Source: a virus
Lineage: Duplodnaviria; Caudoviricetes
Reading direction: 5' to 3' (one strand)
IMG/VR virus record: IMGVR_UViG_3300030376_003544
Span: 1-30,102 of that record
Length of the DNA stretch: 30,102 nucleotides
The translations under genes were made by a program, and so were the position numbers. The notes beneath the pieces were generated by a model. The model saw nothing but the letters and a program-made list of their open reading frames with translations, made no database searches and was not told the origin of the DNA. Below are positions 13,756 through 23,752 of the stretch, piece after piece (within the stretch, counting starts at the first letter, position 1; every line of letters starts with the position of its first letter).

Positions 13756-15423
13756 ATGAATAGAAAGAAAGAACTATTGAAACTTCTCGAAGAAAAAAAT
13801 AAAAGAAACAAGTTAAAAGAATATGAAACTAATTTTACTTCCTTCGCTTCTGAGAATATTAAAATTATTACTAAGGATGCAAGGAGGGGCTTCATTGATT
13901 TTACCTTCAACAGTTGTCAAGAAAAAATTACAGAACTTTTAGAAAAACAGTTGAAGGATACAGGAAAGGTTCGCGCAATCATATTGAAAGCTAGACAGCA
14001 AGGTATTAGTACTTATTGTGCTGGTCGTGTATTTTGGAAAACATATTTCACTCCACATGCCCGCTCAGTTGTCATGGCTCATGATAGTGCAACATCTGAC
14101 GCGCTTTTTAATTTAAGTAAAAACATTATTAAGAACATGCAGTCAACCTATAAACCGAATGAAGTTAAATCGAATGCGAAAGAGATTGTTATATCTTCAC
14201 CTCACTTTATAAAAGAAGGTGGTGATAAACCTATATCATCTTATCGTTTGTATACTGCAGGATCTCCTGAAGCTGGTCGTGGTACAACACCAACGATTGC
14301 ACATTTATCAGAGGTTGCCTTCTGGCAGCATGATGAAAAGATATTAGCTGGTTTGTTCCAGGGTATATCAGAAGCTCCAGGTACAGAAGTCATACTTGAG
14401 TCAACAGCTAACGGCGCTCAAGGTGAATTCTATAGATTATGGAAAGGTGCCTTAGAAGGCGAGAATGAATACTTACCGATATTTCTTCCATGGTTCTCTA
14501 CACCCGAATATACTAGAGAGCCACCAGAAGACTTCGAACGTTCCTCGGAAGAGGAATTACTGGTAGAGCAACATGCGTTGAACGATGGACAACTCTACTG
14601 GCGTCGGTTAAAGATTGCTGAAGGTGGGGAACTAAAGTTCCGCCAGGAATACCCGGCAACTCCCGATGAAGCTTTTATTGTAGCAGGTAAATCTGTATTT
14701 GCTATGGATAAGGTAATGCAGTTAAAACCTGTAGAACCTGATAAGAAAATGATATTTGAATTTGATTCATTAACATGGGGACAATCAACAGACGGTAACT
14801 TACATATATGGGAATATCCTGATTGGGATAGTAATTATATTGTTGCTGCCGATGTTGCATTAGGTGTAGGTCAAGATTATTCTTGTGCTGTAGTTATGGA
14901 TACAGACAGAAGAGTAATTGCTTTGTATCGAGATAGTTATATTGATCCAAGTAAGTTTGGTGATTTGTTGTTTTATCTCGGTCGTTACTATAACAATGCA
15001 TTACTAATTGTAGAAAGTAATTCAATGGGTGTTGCAACGTTATCTAGACTATCACAGATGAATTATATAAATTTATACAAACAAACAAAGATCTCTTCAA
15101 TATCAAAAGAAGAAGGTCAGGTGCCAGGATTTAGAACAACACAAGTTACTAAACCTCATATTATAGGTAACCTTAAGAATGCTGTAGAGAATGATGATAT
15201 ATGGATTGTTTCTAAAACAATTATACAGGAACTAAAAGATTATGTTAGTACCGAATCCGGAAGAACTGAGGCTGCTCCTGGGTGTCATGATGATACTGTC
15301 ATGGCTACAGCTATTGCCTTAGAGGCACTAAGAACACACTACGACAAGTTAACTGCAAATAAAGTACCATGGTCTCAGAAGTCAGGAGAATCTTTTGTAC
15401 AAGACGAGACACTATGGCTTTAA
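13756..15423 (+). CDS. terL: Terminase large subunit
   Basis: Walker A ILKARQQGIST, Walker B AHLSEVAFW, coupling motif ESTANG, nuclease motifs AADVALGVGQDYS and HDDTVMA. Confidence 0.96.
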   Translation: MNRKKELLKLLEEKNKRNKLKEYETNFTSFASENIKIITKDARRGFIDFTFNSCQEKITELLEKQLKDTGKVRAIILKARQQGISTYCAGRVFWKTYFTPHARSVVMAHDSATSDALFNLSKNIIKNMQSTYKPNEVKSNAKEIVISSPHFIKEGGDKPISSYRLYTAGSPEAGRGTTPTIAHLSEVAFWQHDEKILAGLFQGISEAPGTEVILESTANGAQGEFYRLWKGALEGENEYLPIFLPWFSTPEYTREPPEDFERSSEEELLVEQHALNDGQLYWRRLKIAEGGELKFRQEYPATPDEAFIVAGKSVFAMDKVMQLKPVEPDKKMIFEFDSLTWGQSTDGNLHIWEYPDWDSNYIVAADVALGVGQDYSCAVVMDTDRRVIALYRDSYIDPSKFGDLLFYLGRYYNNALLIVESNSMGVATLSRLSQMNYINLYKQTKISSISKEEGQVPGFRTTQVTKPHIIGNLKNAVENDDIWIVSKTIIQELKDYVSTESGRTEAAPGCHDDTVMATAIALEALRTHYDKLTANKVPWSQKSGESFVQDETLWL

Positions 15424-15434
15424 GAGTTCCCATT

Positions 15435-15473
15435 GTCCTCGCTGCTCCGGCGGAAGCAGGGGATAAATCCGCC
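15435..15473 (+). ncRNA. H-type pseudoknot after terL
   Basis: GTCCTC(G)CTGCT-CCGGCGGA-AGCAGGGGAT-AAA-TCCGCC; loop GGCGGA pairs with TCCGCC. Confidence 0.6.
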
Positions 15474-15492
15474 ACCTACAAGGGAGAATTAT

Positions 15493-15609
15493 ATGAGAGA
15501 AAGATTTAAAAAATTTAGTGAAAAATTTGGTGAAGGCACAGCTTGGGATTTAGATTACGGTAAACTATTAATAATTGGTTTGTTAGTATATCATATCTTT
15601 ATACAATGA
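15493..15609 (+). CDS. Small membrane protein (38 aa)
   Basis: Translated by hand: MRERFKKFSEKFGEGTAWDLDYGKLLIIGLLVYHIFIQ; AGGGAG RBS. Confidence 0.6.
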   Translation: MRERFKKFSEKFGEGTAWDLDYGKLLIIGLLVYHIFIQ

Positions 15610-15758
15610 AAAAGATACGGCGTGCGGCTATACGTTATCAAAACGGTATAGCAGCTAAAGGCGTATACATACCATCAATGGCTGAGGCTATTGCTTTCGT
15701 TAAACGGGTGAGGGAAAGAAATGGTGACAACAACGAAACTACAAGAAGCAATGAGTAA
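15606..15758 (+). CDS. Hypothetical protein (50 aa)
   Basis: Translated by hand: MKKIRRAAIRYQNG...; ATGA overlap with the previous ORF. Confidence 0.45.
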   Translation: MKKIRRAAIRYQNGIAAKGVYIPSMAEAIAFVKRVRERNGDNNETTRSNE

Positions 15759-15918
15759 TATAGATAATTATTGTTCAGAAAATAAATTAGAAAGTCATTT
15801 CTATAATAGAAAAGTTCTATGGGATAATTTAAAATTATATTCAGATCTTAAAGAAAAACATACTGATGAGTTTATTGAAACGCATTTACATCAGTGGAAA
15901 AATGGATTATGGACTTAG
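15721..15918 (+). CDS. Hypothetical protein
   Basis: From the ORF track; the start could instead be 15751. Confidence 0.5.
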   Translation: MVTTTKLQEAMSNIDNYCSENKLESHFYNRKVLWDNLKLYSDLKEKHTDEFIETHLHQWKNGLWT

Positions 15919-16002
15919 AAGATAGAGTTAGCTTAATTAAAATGAGGATACATAAAGTTAGAAAAACTTATAACTTAGAAACTAAATTACCTGAGAAAAA
16001 AC

Positions 16003-16338
16003 ATGATCATGAAAGCAATTCAAAAAAACTTAGAGAAAAACTCAAAGTTCAACGAGTACGATGAAGATGGTGATGGTATTGTATCCGATGCAGAACTTGC
16101 TCATCTAAAAGAAATAAAATCAACTGAGTCATTATTACGTAAAGAACTTGCACAATTAAGAATGGCAAGGTATACTTTAATAGCTATGGGTGTGTTTACC
16201 GCGGCAATGTTTTTGCCGTGGGTCCCACTTGATAGAGTAAAAGCATTGTCAGATGTAAGTAATTTATTTTATATATCCGGTGCTGGTATAGTCGGTGCAT
16301 ACATGGGTGCATCAGCATGGATGAGTAGAAGAGGATAG
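16003..16338 (+). CDS. Two-TM membrane protein with EF-hand-like loop (holin candidate)
   Basis: DEDGDGIVSDAE loop, two hydrophobic helices, and a GIVGAYMGASAW ending. Confidence 0.65.
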   Translation: MIMKAIQKNLEKNSKFNEYDEDGDGIVSDAELAHLKEIKSTESLLRKELAQLRMARYTLIAMGVFTAAMFLPWVPLDRVKALSDVSNLFYISGAGIVGAYMGASAWMSRRG

Positions 16339-16340
16339 CA

Positions 16341-16553
16341 ATGATTTTAAAAGGGGACGGATGGAATAATCATGAGGAAAGTTTTGAAGAAACATTAAGA
16401 AGAGAGATGTTAGCTGCAAGACAAGAACTCTGGTTAATTAAAATGGATTTAAAAGAACATCAGAAAGCGCATTATAAATTATTAAAGCGTAATGCGGAAT
16501 TAATAGAAGAAGTAATAGAATTAAAAAAGAAACAATGTACATGTGATGATTAA
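16341..16553 (+). CDS. Hypothetical coiled-coil protein
   Basis: 70-aa ORF with GAGG RBS. Confidence 0.55.
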   Translation: MILKGDGWNNHEESFEETLRREMLAARQELWLIKMDLKEHQKAHYKLLKRNAELIEEVIELKKKQCTCDD

Positions 16554-16568
16554 TCCCAGGAGCGGAAT

Positions 16569-16733
16569 ATGTTTGAAAGATATATACAAGAGGGTAAAGA
16601 TCCAAAGTATTTAAGTGGTAAGAATAAAAAGAAAACAAAAGAAAGAACCTTACCTAAAGCTGGATCTTACACAGTAAAAGATATAGAAGCATCAAAGAAA
16701 AAGATGGCTACCTATGAAGGAGGTTTACAATGA
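16569..16733 (+). CDS. Small basic protein (54 aa)
   Basis: Translated by hand: MFERYIQEGKDPKYLSGKNKKK...; AGGAG RBS; ATGA overlap with the portal gene. Confidence 0.6.
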   Translation: MFERYIQEGKDPKYLSGKNKKKTKERTLPKAGSYTVKDIEASKKKMATYEGGLQ

Positions 16734-18883
16734 GTAAGCCTGATGGTTATAAAGAAAAGGTTACCGATGAACAATTAATACAAATGATTGAGACAGGAGT
16801 TGTAAACTCTACAGGTGATTGGTTAAATAGCGCAGATCTTTCACGAGAAAGATTAAAAGCTACGTACGAATATGCAGGATTAGCTGAGAGTCACTTAACA
16901 CCACAGGGTGTTAGTACTATTGTTGATACTTCAACTACTGAAGTTGTAGAAGCATATACCGCTATTATCTCAGATTTGTTCTTAAGTAACCACAGATTAG
17001 CACGATTTATACCATATGATGAGACTCCTGGTAGTTTTGCAGCCGCTAAAGATGCAGGTAATATAGTTAATTATTGTTTGTTTAAAAAGAATAATGGCTG
17101 GGAAATACTACAGCAATGGATAAAAGCATCTTTATTATGGAAGAATGCTGTATGCCGTTGGACATATATTGAAGATTATGATTATGTATTTGAAGAGTTC
17201 GAACAGATTTCACAGGCAAATCTAGATGAGCTATTATCTGATGATAGTGTAGAGATAGTAGGTGACTTACAATCTGAAAGTGTATTTACTGAAGCACCTC
17301 CTTTACAAGATGGTAGTATCCCTGAAACTCCTCAGGCAGAACTATTATATGTTAATGTACGTGTAAAGAAAACAATAGACAAGTCACGAGTTAAGATAGA
17401 AGTTATTCCACCAGAAAACTTTAGAATATCTAGAGATGCTACATCAATTGAAGATTCAACATTTGTAGGTGTACAAACTGAAATGACTCGTTCAGAATTA
17501 CGTAAGTTATATCCGGATATGGCTGAAGAGATACAGGAATGGGATGATCTATCAGATGAAGAATGGTTAGGTTCAACTAAATACTCTGAAGATGTTGCAG
17601 CTAGAAAAGAAATTACCGGTCAAACATATTGGCAGGGTGGAGCTCAGCATGATTTAATTCCATTAGAAGCAAATAGAAATATTGTATTAACAGAATCATG
17701 GATTAATGTTGATAGAGACGGAGATGGTATTGCTGAATTAAAACATATTGTTTCTGTTGGTGATGTAATATTACAAGAGACAGACATAGAAGATATACCG
17801 TTAGCTTCTATTGTTCCTATTGATATACCGTTTGAATTCTATGGATTGTCAATGGCAGATTTTAGCAGGTCTTCTACATTAGCAAGCACAGCAATTTTAC
17901 GTGGGTTTGTAGAGAATACTTACTTAACAAACTACTCACCTAAGTTAGCTGATCCGAATGTTGTAGACTTCAGTGCATTACAAAACATGAAGCCTAAGCA
18001 GATCATACCGACAAATGGTAATCCGGTAAATGCAGTACAACAGTTACCACCTGAAACAATATCTACAGGTACAGTACCGTTATTAGAATACTTACAGCTT
18101 ATAAAAGAGCAGGCAACGGGCATGTCGAAGGCCGCACAAGGCCTTAATGATACTTTGTATATATCAGGTAACTCAGAACAAAAACTACAGGCTGTGCAGT
18201 CTGCAGCGCAAAAACGTATACAACACATTGCTAGACGATTTGCTGAGACGGGCTTTAAAAGATTAATAGCCGGTATCTATGAAACAATGCGTAAGAATAT
18301 GAAAGGTAATATGTCTTATAACCTTGATGGTGTATATGGCACAGTTAATATAGAAGCATTACCAAATAAGATGGATGTAGAAATACTATTAGATATTGGT
18401 GAGAACTCTAACATTAATACTATTACTAAACTTGGTAAAGTAGGTACAGAAATATTACCTGCGTTAAACAACCAGGGTGTAGGCATGGTTATTAAACCTG
18501 AAGCACCTGCTGTCTTAGCTACGAAACTATTAGAAGCAATGAACTTAGATAGTAATGATTTCTTAGAAGATTATACTACAGATGAGTTTAAACAGATGAA
18601 GCAGCTAGAGCAAAAGAAGGCTATGGCTGATTCCGCTTTAGCGGAGGCCAATGTTGGTTTTACTCATGCACAAACTAAAAATACTCAAGATGATAACTCT
18701 AAACAATTAGCAGTATCAATTGATAGACACTTTCAAGAATGGGCTGACCTTACTATTAAGGCAACTAAAGAAGGTGCACAATTACCTAAGCATCCTGATT
18801 ATGCTCAGATAATAATGATGGCAAAGCAAATATTGCAAGGGCCACAACAACCTCAACAACAACCTCAACAACAGGGAGAATAA
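16730..18883 (+). CDS. Portal protein (podovirus type)
   Basis: 717 aa, downstream of terL; IPPENFRIS, DRDGDGIAELK and EQATGMSKAAQG motifs; Q-rich tail. Confidence 0.9.
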   Translation: MSKPDGYKEKVTDEQLIQMIETGVVNSTGDWLNSADLSRERLKATYEYAGLAESHLTPQGVSTIVDTSTTEVVEAYTAIISDLFLSNHRLARFIPYDETPGSFAAAKDAGNIVNYCLFKKNNGWEILQQWIKASLLWKNAVCRWTYIEDYDYVFEEFEQISQANLDELLSDDSVEIVGDLQSESVFTEAPPLQDGSIPETPQAELLYVNVRVKKTIDKSRVKIEVIPPENFRISRDATSIEDSTFVGVQTEMTRSELRKLYPDMAEEIQEWDDLSDEEWLGSTKYSEDVAARKEITGQTYWQGGAQHDLIPLEANRNIVLTESWINVDRDGDGIAELKHIVSVGDVILQETDIEDIPLASIVPIDIPFEFYGLSMADFSRSSTLASTAILRGFVENTYLTNYSPKLADPNVVDFSALQNMKPKQIIPTNGNPVNAVQQLPPETISTGTVPLLEYLQLIKEQATGMSKAAQGLNDTLYISGNSEQKLQAVQSAAQKRIQHIARRFAETGFKRLIAGIYETMRKNMKGNMSYNLDGVYGTVNIEALPNKMDVEILLDIGENSNINTITKLGKVGTEILPALNNQGVGMVIKPEAPAVLATKLLEAMNLDSNDFLEDYTTDEFKQMKQLEQKKAMADSALAEANVGFTHAQTKNTQDDNSKQLAVSIDRHFQEWADLTIKATKEGAQLPKHPDYAQIIMMAKQILQGPQQPQQQPQQQGE

Positions 18884-18885
18884 TT

Positions 18886-19194
18886 ATGGCAACTGTAGAA
18901 ACAGTAACAATAAGTGCTGCTGGTGCAGGCGCAGCTCAATCAGGAAATATCGCAACCGCTGCAGGTTCAGCTGCTGGCGTTATAATGGTTTGTAACGACA
19001 CTGATTCACCACTTACTTTTAATGTAGCAACTGGTGGTACTGATGTGCTAACTAACCAATATATAGCTGCAAAAGACTTTTCAAGAATAACAGGACTTAA
19101 TAATGGTAACCATACTTTAACTAGTGTTAAGACTGCACACGGTACTGCTGCACAAGTTAACGAAAAAGTTTATGTGCTTCAAGCTAGCGCTTAA
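18886..19194 (+). CDS. Putative virion structural protein
   Basis: A/G/T-rich, beta-type 102-aa protein following the portal gene. Confidence 0.6.
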   Translation: MATVETVTISAAGAGAAQSGNIATAAGSAAGVIMVCNDTDSPLTFNVATGGTDVLTNQYIAAKDFSRITGLNNGNHTLTSVKTAHGTAAQVNEKVYVLQASA

Positions 19195-19232
19195 ATAAAT
19201 ACTAACTAATATTAAAAAAAGAAGGACTCTAA

Positions 19233-20264
19233 ATGAAAAAATTATTTTCAATACTAACATTAATATTATTATTACCAACTCTTGCCTTTGCAGGCGGAGC
19301 TGTACTTAAGAACCATGTAAAGGCAGGATTTGTTTATGTAGGTCCAGTCGGAGATCATGGTTGGACATACATGCATGATCAAGGTCGTCAAATGGTTGAA
19401 GACGAGCTAGGTGATAAAGTATCAACAGTATATGTTGAGTCAGTACCGGAAGGTCCTGATGCTGCTAGGGTTATGCGTAACATGGCTCAAAGTGGTGTAG
19501 ACATTATATTTACTACTTCATTTGGTTATATGGATCAAACTTTAAAAGTTGCTAAAGAATTTCCAAATGTAAAATTTGAACATGCTACAGGTTATAAGCG
19601 CTCTGAGAATATAAGTGTTTATAGTAGTAGATTCTATGAAGGAAGATATATACAAGGTGTAATTGCTGGACATATGAGTAAAGCAGGTAAAGCTGGTTAT
19701 ATAGCTTCATTCCCAATTCCTGAAGTTATAAGAGGAATCAATGCATTTTATCTTGGTGCTACTAGTGTAAATCCAGATTTTGATTTAGATATAATATGGG
19801 TTAATACTTGGTATGACCCGGCTAAAGAAGCACAAGCTGCAGAAGTTTTAATTACTGGTGGTGTAGATATTATTACACAACATACTGATTCACCAGCACC
19901 TTTACAAACTGCTGCATCTAAAAATATATATGCATTTGGTCAAGCATCAGATATGATTGCTTTTGCACCTAAGACTCAGTTAACTTCTATTATGGATAAT
20001 TGGGGTCCTTATTATGTATCAAGAATAAAAGCCCTCATGAATGGTATGTGGGAAAGTGAAGATACATGGGGTGGCATGAGAACCGGAATGGTAGGCATGG
20101 CACCGTATACTAATATGCCTGATGACATTAAAGCAATAGCATTAGAAATAGAACATGCAATTCTTAATGGTGATTTAAATGTATTTGATGGCATAACTAA
20201 TGATAGTGGTTTGTTAGGAATGATGAACTACTTAGATGGTATTGACGCATCAGTACCTAATTAA
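19233..20264 (+). CDS. BMP/PnrA-family ABC transporter periplasmic substrate-binding protein (purine/nucleoside)
   Basis: Sec signal peptide (AFA); GFVYVGPVGDHGWTYMHDQGR, FTTSFGYMD, FEHATGYK, WVNTWYDP and QHTDSPAP motifs. Confidence 0.93.
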   Translation: MKKLFSILTLILLLPTLAFAGGAVLKNHVKAGFVYVGPVGDHGWTYMHDQGRQMVEDELGDKVSTVYVESVPEGPDAARVMRNMAQSGVDIIFTTSFGYMDQTLKVAKEFPNVKFEHATGYKRSENISVYSSRFYEGRYIQGVIAGHMSKAGKAGYIASFPIPEVIRGINAFYLGATSVNPDFDLDIIWVNTWYDPAKEAQAAEVLITGGVDIITQHTDSPAPLQTAASKNIYAFGQASDMIAFAPKTQLTSIMDNWGPYYVSRIKALMNGMWESEDTWGGMRTGMVGMAPYTNMPDDIKAIALEIEHAILNGDLNVFDGITNDSGLLGMMNYLDGIDASVPN

Positions 20265-20316
20265 TCGTAACGCCTTATAGGGTTACATAGATCTTGCTTA
20301 AGAAGGAGATAAACTT

Positions 20317-20739
20317 ATGAATCAAACATTAACTTTATTTGATCACTTTAATACATTAACACCTTATGCTGTAGGCTTTGATCGTTTGTTCGATCAGCTT
20401 GCTAATAGTTCTAGGGTAAGTAATTCATATCCACCTTATGATATTGTTAAGGAGGATGATTATAATTTTAAAATTGAAATGGCACTTGCTGGCTTTAATA
20501 AAAAAGATATTGAAGTTAAAGTAGCTGAGAATATATTAACTGTAAAGTCTGTTAAAGAAAATAGTGCAGATACTAAGAATGTGTACAAAGGAATTTCTTA
20601 TAGGAAGTTTACTAAAGAGTTTACTATAGCAGACGACATAATAGTTAAAGACGCAAAGTTAGAGGATGGTCTTTTAACTGTAGAACTGGAACGAGTTGTT
20701 CCAGAAGAAAAGAAACCCAAGCTTATTAAAATAAATTAA
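20317..20739 (+). CDS. hsp20: Small heat shock protein (Hsp20/IbpA-like)
   Basis: VGFDRLFD, YPPYDIVK, IEMALAGF, AKLEDGLL and VPEEKKPKLIKI motifs. Confidence 0.95.
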   Translation: MNQTLTLFDHFNTLTPYAVGFDRLFDQLANSSRVSNSYPPYDIVKEDDYNFKIEMALAGFNKKDIEVKVAENILTVKSVKENSADTKNVYKGISYRKFTKEFTIADDIIVKDAKLEDGLLTVELERVVPEEKKPKLIKIN

Positions 20740-20750
20740 AGGAGGACATT

Positions 20751-20864
20751 ATGGATCCGATTACATTTTCAGGCATCGTTAGTTTTGGCATCAAGCTAGT
20801 ACTAGCTCTAGGCCTAACAAAGGAAGTTGTGACACCATTACTAGTATCTGCATTCGGCGGATAA
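20751..20864 (+). CDS. Small hydrophobic protein (37 aa)
   Basis: Translated by hand: MDPITFSGIVSFGIKLVLALG...; strong AAAGGAGG RBS. Confidence 0.55.
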   Translation: MDPITFSGIVSFGIKLVLALGLTKEVVTPLLVSAFGG

Positions 20865-20867
20865 GTA

Positions 20868-21209
20868 ATGGATAAATACCGTGAGACAGCCGAGAAGAGG
20901 CTGGGAAATAAAAAATCATACGGTAATCATAAAATACATCCTGAAGAATTAGCGCGTCGTGCCCACGTTAAAGGGCACTTCGCATCTAAAGAAAGAACTG
21001 AATTTTATGATGAAGTATATGGGGAAGTCTTAATAGATCTATTTGTAGAATGGTTAAAGACTGATCCTCATGAAACTAAATCTCGAGAGTTCCTCTACTC
21101 TTCTGCTATGGCACTAGGAAGTGTCAAAGAGAAAATGATAAACTTCGAGACTTATGGAAAGAACATTCCGTATTTACAGGAGGACAATAATGACAATAAG
21201 GGAAATTGA
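20868..21209 (+). CDS. Head-module hypothetical protein
   Basis: 113-aa helical ORF upstream of the scaffold gene. Confidence 0.7.
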   Translation: MDKYRETAEKRLGNKKSYGNHKIHPEELARRAHVKGHFASKERTEFYDEVYGEVLIDLFVEWLKTDPHETKSREFLYSSAMALGSVKEKMINFETYGKNIPYLQEDNNDNKGN

Positions 21210-21402
21210 TTACAATACATTAATAATAAATGTTAATGAAATGATTAATACATTAGAATATGATTCGAGTAGGAGTGGTGGTAAAACTAAACTTAACTGT
21301 GATAAAATATATTATTTATACGATATGAAAGATAGATATTCTAAAATATTAGAACAAAAGAATTCTAAAAAGCCTACTATTAAAAAAAAAGAGGTAAGCT
21401 AA
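21190..21402 (+). CDS. Hypothetical protein
   Basis: Start reassigned to MTIREID, which follows AGGAGG. Confidence 0.55.
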   Translation: MTIREIDYNTLIINVNEMINTLEYDSSRSGGKTKLNCDKIYYLYDMKDRYSKILEQKNSKKPTIKKKEVS

Positions 21403-21403
21403 T

Positions 21404-22525
21404 ATGAGTGAAAATACCGAAGCACAAGTAGACTCTACTCCACCTAGGATTGACTCTACTGCACCGGATGGTCGAACTGAAGAACAATTGCTGGCCGACA
21501 TTGTTTCTAACTCGGACTTTGTACCGAGCGAAGAACAATCTCCAACCGAAGAGCAAGTACCTGAAATCGATCCGGGTGAATCAGAAGATATACAAGACCC
21601 ACAGGAAACTGATGAACCCGCAAAAGAAGAAGTTGAAGAAGAAGCTAATACTGAAGAAGTTGAGAGTGAAGGTGAGGATGCCGATGTTGAATCCGCTACC
21701 CAAGATACTACATTATTTACTCCAGAAGAATTAGACTTAGAAGCTAAAGTAGCTATTAAGATAGATGGCGCTGATACTGAAGTTTCTTTTAATGATCTTA
21801 TTAAAGGTTATTCTACTGAACAATCTCTATCCAAAAAGGGTCGTGAACTTGGTGACGCAAGGAAAAGCTTTGAAGAAGATTATAATAATAAGTTGCAAGA
21901 AGTACAGACAATGTCTAATGCTTCAGTAGCTGTATTATATAAATCTGAACAAGAACATGCAAAAGTATTTCATGATCTTGAAAAGCAAATTGATGAAGCT
22001 CGTAAAGATGGTAATACATACGATCTTGGTGATCTTAAAGATAAGAGAGAACAAAAGCAAAAAGAATATTGGACCGCTCGCAAAGAGCGTGAAAAACTTC
22101 AAAAGACTGTAGCAGAAAAATCTCAGGAGCAAATGCAAAAAGTTTGGGACGCTCAATTAAATTTATTTAGTGAAGCTATTCCAACTTTAATTCCTGGATT
22201 TAATGAAACAGTTGCTAAAGATATTCGTGAGTTTGCACTTAAAGAAGGTATTAACGAACAAGTACTAGATACTATTGTTGATCCTGCTATTGTTAAGTTT
22301 GTTAATGATTATCGTATTTTAAAGCAAGGAGTCAGTAAAGGTTCTGTAAAAAGAAAAGCAGCCCCTCTTAAAAAGATTCCTACCAGAAAGTCTAGACCTG
22401 TACAACAAAAGAAAATTGATGCAGCACAGGCTTTAAGGAAAAGAGCTTTAAGTAAAGATTCATCTAAAGCCGATCAAGATGCTTTTCTAAGAGGTTATGC
22501 CGAGCGCTCACTGTCTAACTTATAA
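21404..22525 (+). CDS. Capsid scaffolding protein
   Basis: Acidic N-terminus, KIDGADTEVSFNDLIKGY motif, coiled coil and basic tail; immediately upstream of the capsid gene. Confidence 0.85.
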   Translation: MSENTEAQVDSTPPRIDSTAPDGRTEEQLLADIVSNSDFVPSEEQSPTEEQVPEIDPGESEDIQDPQETDEPAKEEVEEEANTEEVESEGEDADVESATQDTTLFTPEELDLEAKVAIKIDGADTEVSFNDLIKGYSTEQSLSKKGRELGDARKSFEEDYNNKLQEVQTMSNASVAVLYKSEQEHAKVFHDLEKQIDEARKDGNTYDLGDLKDKREQKQKEYWTARKEREKLQKTVAEKSQEQMQKVWDAQLNLFSEAIPTLIPGFNETVAKDIREFALKEGINEQVLDTIVDPAIVKFVNDYRILKQGVSKGSVKRKAAPLKKIPTRKSRPVQQKKIDAAQALRKRALSKDSSKADQDAFLRGYAERSLSNL

Positions 22526-22543
22526 TTACAGGGAGAAAAAAAT

Positions 22544-23698
22544 ATGGCTGTAAATTTAGGTGTTCGCGGTACTAGAGGCCCAGGTGGTCCAGCCCGTGGA
22601 TCAAGCGCAGATGTTTCTGAAAGAGAAGATCTAGCTAATTTTATAACAATGATTACCAGAGATGAGACACCTTTTACATCATCTATTGGTAAAGGTAAAG
22701 CAACTGCTATTTATCATGAATGGCAAACAGATACACTAGAAGCACCTGGCAATTCAGTAATAGCTGAAGGTCAAGATTGGGTAGCACCTACTGCTAGCCC
22801 AGGCGATACATTTAGTGTAAGTGGTCCTGACAGAAGCAGACTAGGTAACTACACACAGATCAATGGTAAAACTATTGCTGTGTCAGGAACTAGACGAGCT
22901 GTTGATCAAGCAGGTGTTGCAGATGAATATGCATACCAGCTTAAGAAGCGTGGTACAGAATTAAGAAGAGACGTTGAATTTGATATGATTCATTCAATGA
23001 ATACTGCTAATTCTAGTGTACCTACTTTAGGTAACGATAATGCAAGAACTGCTGCTGGTTACCAAGCTTTTATTAACAGTCCTTCTACATGTGTCTATGT
23101 AGGTCAGTTTACAGATCCTGCTACAGGTACTGGAAGTCATACTGATAATAACGGTACTCAAACAGCAAGAGCTACTATTAACGTAGGTGGAAGTACAGCT
23201 CCAACAAGAGGAAGCTTAGCACTTACTGACGTTGATTCTGTTATGCAGAAGATCTATGAAGAAGGTGGTAAAGCTACTAAGGTTATGGTTTCACCAAAAA
23301 TACGAAGGGACTTCTCTGACCTAATGGTTAGTGATACTGGAGTAGTTAGAAATATTGACGAGAAAGGAAAGCTGAGACAATCAGTTGACGTTTACATGTC
23401 AGATTTCGGTGACATCATGGTAGTTCCAAACTATATTATGGGTCTATCTTATACTAATGCTCAGATGTTAGGTGATAACCATGCAAGTACTTTCTTGACT
23501 GGTAACGCTAGACCAGACATGGCTAACTTCTCTGCATTGATTTATGATCCAATGTGGTTCTCTACAGCTTACCTAAGACCTCTACAAGAGGTTGACGTAG
23601 GTCAGCAGGGTGATTCAACTAAAGGTATGATGGTTGAAGAATGTACTCTTGAAGTACGTAACCCATTAGGATGTGGAGCAATCTACGGACTTAACTAA
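22544..23698 (+). CDS. Major capsid protein (DUF5309/SU10-like)
   Basis: REDLANFI...ETPFTS...HEWQTDTL, GNYTQI, ELRRDVE, VDVYMSDFG and ECTLEVRNP motifs. Confidence 0.93.
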   Translation: MAVNLGVRGTRGPGGPARGSSADVSEREDLANFITMITRDETPFTSSIGKGKATAIYHEWQTDTLEAPGNSVIAEGQDWVAPTASPGDTFSVSGPDRSRLGNYTQINGKTIAVSGTRRAVDQAGVADEYAYQLKKRGTELRRDVEFDMIHSMNTANSSVPTLGNDNARTAAGYQAFINSPSTCVYVGQFTDPATGTGSHTDNNGTQTARATINVGGSTAPTRGSLALTDVDSVMQKIYEEGGKATKVMVSPKIRRDFSDLMVSDTGVVRNIDEKGKLRQSVDVYMSDFGDIMVVPNYIMGLSYTNAQMLGDNHASTFLTGNARPDMANFSALIYDPMWFSTAYLRPLQEVDVGQQGDSTKGMMVEECTLEVRNPLGCGAIYGLN

Positions 23699-23707
23699 AT
23701 ACTATTC

Positions 23708-23740
23708 AGGAGAGGCTTTAATTAGTCTCTCCTTTTTATT
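23708..23740 (+). terminator. Rho-independent terminator after the capsid gene
   Basis: AGGAGAGGCT-TTAATT-AGTCTCTCCT-TTTT. Confidence 0.8.
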
Positions 23741-23752
23741 GGGAGAATAAAT

